Positions 61,361 to 64,000 of a DNA stretch of 64,000 bases are shown here, piece after piece. Origin of the DNA: Acidobacteriota bacterium (GTDB taxonomy: Bacteria > Acidobacteriota > Terriglobia > Bryobacterales > Bryobacteraceae). The stretch is taken from positions 7,404-71,403 of the forward strand of contig JAFLBB010000007.1 of assembly GCA_017304135.1 (NCBI GenBank), read 5' to 3'. The notes beneath the pieces are model-generated. The model saw only the letters and a list, made by a program, of their open reading frames with translations. It was not told where the DNA came from and searched no databases. Made by a program: the position numbers and the translations under genes. How positions within the stretch are numbered: position 1 is the stretch's first letter; each line of letters begins with the position of its first letter.

Positions 61361-63507
61361 GAGGGGCCTTTCCTTTTCTTCTTACCATGCGGAGGCGCCG
61401 GAGCGAGAATGCCGAACTGCAGCTTGCGGGCAACCGTGTCGATGCGCTCCAGCCTCACCGCCAGGCGCTCGCCAATGCGGAACTCGCGCTTGGTGCGCTG
61501 CCCAATGATGGTGCGCGTCGTTTCGTGGAAGAAGAAGCGGTCGCCAGGGAGCGTATCGATCGGAACAAGCCCTTCCACGAACCACTCATCCAACTCCACG
61601 AAAAAGCCATATTTCGTCGTGCTGATGATGAGGCCGGGAAACTCCTCGCCAACGTGACTGGCCATGAAGCGCAGCTTCTTCCACTCCACCAGTTCCCGTT
61701 CGGCGTCGGCGGCGCGGCGTTCGGTTTCCGACGAGGAGTCGGCCAGCCGCGCCAGTTGGTTGTGCGTATAGGGCGGCCCGGCCTGGTCAAACAGCGCACC
61801 CAGCACGCGATGGACGAGCAGGTCGGGGTAGCGGCGGATGGGCGAGGTGAAATGTGTGTAGGTATCGGCGGCGAGGGCGAAGTGCCCCACGTTGTCGGCC
61901 GAATAGCGCGCCTGTTTGAGCGAACGCAGCATCAGGTAGTGCAGGATGCGCTCCTCCGGACGTCCTTCCAGATGCGCGATCAGCTTCTGATAGTGCTTCG
62001 GCGTGATGGCGAGTTCGGAATCGGGGATGGTGATGTCGCGTTGCGTCTTGCGCCCGTCAGTGTGGCGCGTGGTCACCGGGAAGCGCTTCACCTTAAGGGC
62101 GCCGACGCCGAGCGATAAGCCGAACCGCACGGCGATATCTTCGAACTCCATCACGCGCTTCGGATCGGGCTTCTCGTGGATGCGATAGATCGAAGGCAGC
62201 TCGGCGTGCTCCAGATGCGAAGCCACGGCCTCATTGGCGGCCAGCATGAACTCCTCGATCAACCGGTTCGCAATGTTGCGGGGCCCACGCGAGACGCCGG
62301 TCATCTCGCCCATCTCGTCGAACTCGATGACCGCTTCCGGAAGGTCGAAGTCGATTGAACCGCGCCGCGTGCGCTTCTTGTTCAGGATGAGGGCGAGGTC
62401 GCGCATCTGCTCGAACCGAGGCAAGAGCGCAGCATAGCGCTCGCGCAACGCCGCCACCTCAGGCAAGGCGGCGTCGCCTTCCAGCACGAGGTGGACGTTG
62501 GTGTAAGTCATGCGCTCCGCGCTGCGGATGACGCCCCGGCAGAACTCCTGCGAGAGGATATCGCCGTGGCGGTCGATCTCCAGCAGCACGGAGAGCACAA
62601 GCCGGTCTTCATGCGGCCGCAGCGAACAGATGTTCGTCGAGAGCTCCAGCGGGAGCATCGGCACGGCGCGATCGGGGAAGTACACCGAGGTGCCCCGCAT
62701 AGCGGCTTCGTTGTCAATGGGTGTGCCGGGGCGGACGTAATGCGAGACGTCGGCAATGTGCACCTGGAGCGCGTAATGCCCGTTGGGAAGCCGCTCCACC
62801 CAAACCGCATCGTCGAAGTCGCGCGCCGTTTCCCCGTCGATGGTGACGATGTCGAGTGCGCGGAAGTCTCGCCGCCGCGCCAGTTCGGCATCTGGAATTT
62901 CGGCCGCGATGGCCAGGGCCTGGTCCAGTACCTCGGGCGGGAAACGATGCGGAATATGAAACTTGCGGATCGTGATTTCCACGTCGATGCCGAAATCGTC
63001 GGCCTCGCCCAAAATCTCCGTGATGCGCGCCGAGCCGTCCGACGTGTTCGAGGGGAACTCGATGAGGTCGGCGTTCACCACCAGCCCTTCCAGATCCTCC
63101 ACCGTGCGCACCTCAAGCGCCGGGGCGGCCACACGATTCACATTCACACCGCCTTTGGGCAGCGCGAGCGTGGGCGGCACCTCGATCCAATGCTGAATGC
63201 GGTCGTCGTATGGCTCGATGTAAATTTTGCGCCGCCGCAGCCGCACGCGCCCTACCAGCGACGTGTGCGCGCGCTCGATGATCTTGAGAATCTCGGCTTC
63301 CATCCGCCCAAAGCGCCCGCGCCGTAAAATGCGGACCGCGACGCGGTCGCCATGCATGGCCCGCGCAGCCTGGGCCGGAGGCAGGAAGATATCGCCCTCG
63401 ACGCCGTACTTCGCCGCCTCCTTCGGTTGATCGGGTATAACGAAACCAAAGCCGTCGCGGTGAACCGAGAGGCGTCCGGTGAGCGGGGCTGAGGAGGAAC
63501 GGGCCAC
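61348..63507 (-). CDS. rnr: ribonuclease R
   Basis: Cold-shock-like N-terminus (GRLSVHRDGFGFVIPD), RNB catalytic domain (…DFDDAVWVE…; DRLVLSVLLEID…), C-terminal S1 domain and a basic tail. The ORF-track start at 63642 would overlap the divergent gene at 63577; GTG 63507 is proposed. Start is uncertain. Confidence 0.8.
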   Translation of the reverse strand: MARSSSAPLTGRLSVHRDGFGFVIPDQPKEAAKYGVEGDIFLPPAQAARAMHGDRVAVRILRRGRFGRMEAEILKIIERAHTSLVGRVRLRRRKIYIEPYDDRIQHWIEVPPTLALPKGGVNVNRVAAPALEVRTVEDLEGLVVNADLIEFPSNTSDGSARITEILGEADDFGIDVEITIRKFHIPHRFPPEVLDQALAIAAEIPDAELARRRDFRALDIVTIDGETARDFDDAVWVERLPNGHYALQVHIADVSHYVRPGTPIDNEAAMRGTSVYFPDRAVPMLPLELSTNICSLRPHEDRLVLSVLLEIDRHGDILSQEFCRGVIRSAERMTYTNVHLVLEGDAALPEVAALRERYAALLPRFEQMRDLALILNKKRTRRGSIDFDLPEAVIEFDEMGEMTGVSRGPRNIANRLIEEFMLAANEAVASHLEHAELPSIYRIHEKPDPKRVMEFEDIAVRFGLSLGVGALKVKRFPVTTRHTDGRKTQRDITIPDSELAITPKHYQKLIAHLEGRPEERILHYLMLRSLKQARYSADNVGHFALAADTYTHFTSPIRRYPDLLVHRVLGALFDQAGPPYTHNQLARLADSSSETERRAADAERELVEWKKLRFMASHVGEEFPGLIISTTKYGFFVELDEWFVEGLVPIDTLPGDRFFFHETTRTIIGQRTKREFRIGERLAVRLERIDTVARKLQFGILAPAPPHGKKKRKGPSWQV

Positions 63508-63576
63508 GACTCTCCATGATAGCGAGGGGGTGCACCGGCGGGCCTCCCCGCCTGCGTTTGTTAAGCTGATCGAGTT

Positions 63577-64000
63577 ATGGAACTGAAGAGCGTGAGGCTG
63601 GCCATCCCCGATGGCGCCAACATCATTGTCGGGCAGTCGCACTTCATCAAGACGGTGGAAGACATCTACGAGGCCATCGTGAATACGGTGCCGCAGATGA
63701 AGTTCGGCGTAGCGTTCAGCGAAGCCTCGGGGCCGTGCCTGATTCGCGTCGACGGCAACGATGAAGCGCTTACATCAGCGGCTACCGAAATGGCTCAGGC
63801 CGTCGGCGCGGGTCACACTTTCTATGTCGTCCTGCGCGACGGCTTCCCGCTCAACATCCTGGGCCGCATCAAAGACGTACCGGAAGTGGTGGGCATCTAT
63901 TGCGCCACGGCCAATCCGGTGGAAGTGATTGTGGCCGAGACGGCGCAAGGGCGCGGCATTCTCGGCGTGATCGACGGCGAATCGCCCAAAGGCGTGGAGA
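63577..64000 (+). CDS. adenosine-specific kinase-like (PF04008-type) protein, 3' partial at window edge
   Basis: Manual translation MELKSVRLAIPDGANIIVGQSHFIKTVEDIYEAIVNTVPQMKFGVAFSEASGPCLIRVDGNDE…VPEVVGIYCATANPVEVIVAETAQGRGILGVIDG… matches the family pattern from memory. The ORF runs off the window end. Confidence 0.5.
   Translation, partial: MELKSVRLAIPDGANIIVGQSHFIKTVEDIYEAIVNTVPQMKFGVAFSEASGPCLIRVDGNDEALTSAATEMAQAVGAGHTFYVVLRDGFPLNILGRIKDVPEVVGIYCATANPVEVIVAETAQGRGILGVIDGESPKGVE

Overview
This is a high-GC (~65-70%) bacterial chromosomal window. The TIGR03437-like Ig domain, three PEP-CTERM proteins and the overall gene content suggest an Acidobacteria (Solibacter/Bryobacter-like) source; this is inference from content, not a search result.

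Ordinary gene content (all from ORF translations):
- Succinate dehydrogenase/fumarate reductase operon, sdhC (b558-type), sdhA, sdhB.
- Two tandem Gfo/Idh/MocA oxidoreductase paralogs, one with a Tat signal.
- tRNA-Lys(CTT).
- Alpha/beta hydrolase, inorganic pyrophosphatase, Ser/Thr kinase with TPR repeats, three PEP-CTERM proteins.
- HIT, HU, ribosomal protein S1, flotillin/NfeD pair, SnoaL-like protein, PhoPQ-related hydrolase-like protein.
- S9 peptidase, a PQQ-propeller protein with an EF-hand pair, a RelE/ParE-type toxin-antitoxin pair.
- A stand-alone DnaE2-length DNA polymerase III alpha, a Gfo/Idh/MocA oxidoreductase, ThrB, an AGE-family epimerase.
- A partial Tad/Flp locus: TadB, TadC, and a CpaB protein with a secretin-like C-terminus.
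- GlcG/DUF336 protein, a tandem-repeat secreted protein, an FeS-BCP photolyase-like protein, a YdeP/FdhF-like molybdopterin oxidoreductase, an esterase, YceH, RNase R, and a partial adenosine-specific-kinase-like gene.

The centrepiece is a single plus-strand gene string of about 13.4 kb (7768-21178):
- It is headed by an Rrf2 regulator.
- It joins a Rieske / cytochrome b / 7-heme cytochrome c complex directly to cbb3 oxidase genes ccoN-ccoO-ccoQ-like.
- It carries a heme-less CcoP N-terminal-domain gene.
- It carries an NAD(P)H-flavoprotein of the GltD type with 2x[4Fe-4S].
- It carries the maturation genes: ccoS, a TauE/DsbD_2-like membrane protein, ccoG, a tiny membrane ORF and the copper ATPase ccoI.

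The CxxCHG..G.G diheme signature normally found in CcoP sits at the C-terminus of the bc-complex cytochrome c instead. This suggests a hard-wired bc-cbb3 supercomplex with a relocated CcoP module.

Other observations worth a second look:
- Strong palindromes in two promoter regions, one of them abutting the dnaE2 start codon.
- An inverted-repeat element (~160 bp) separating two gene fragments.
- A 31-codon in-frame duplication inside the GltD-like gene.
- No CRISPR array, integrase or transposase was seen.
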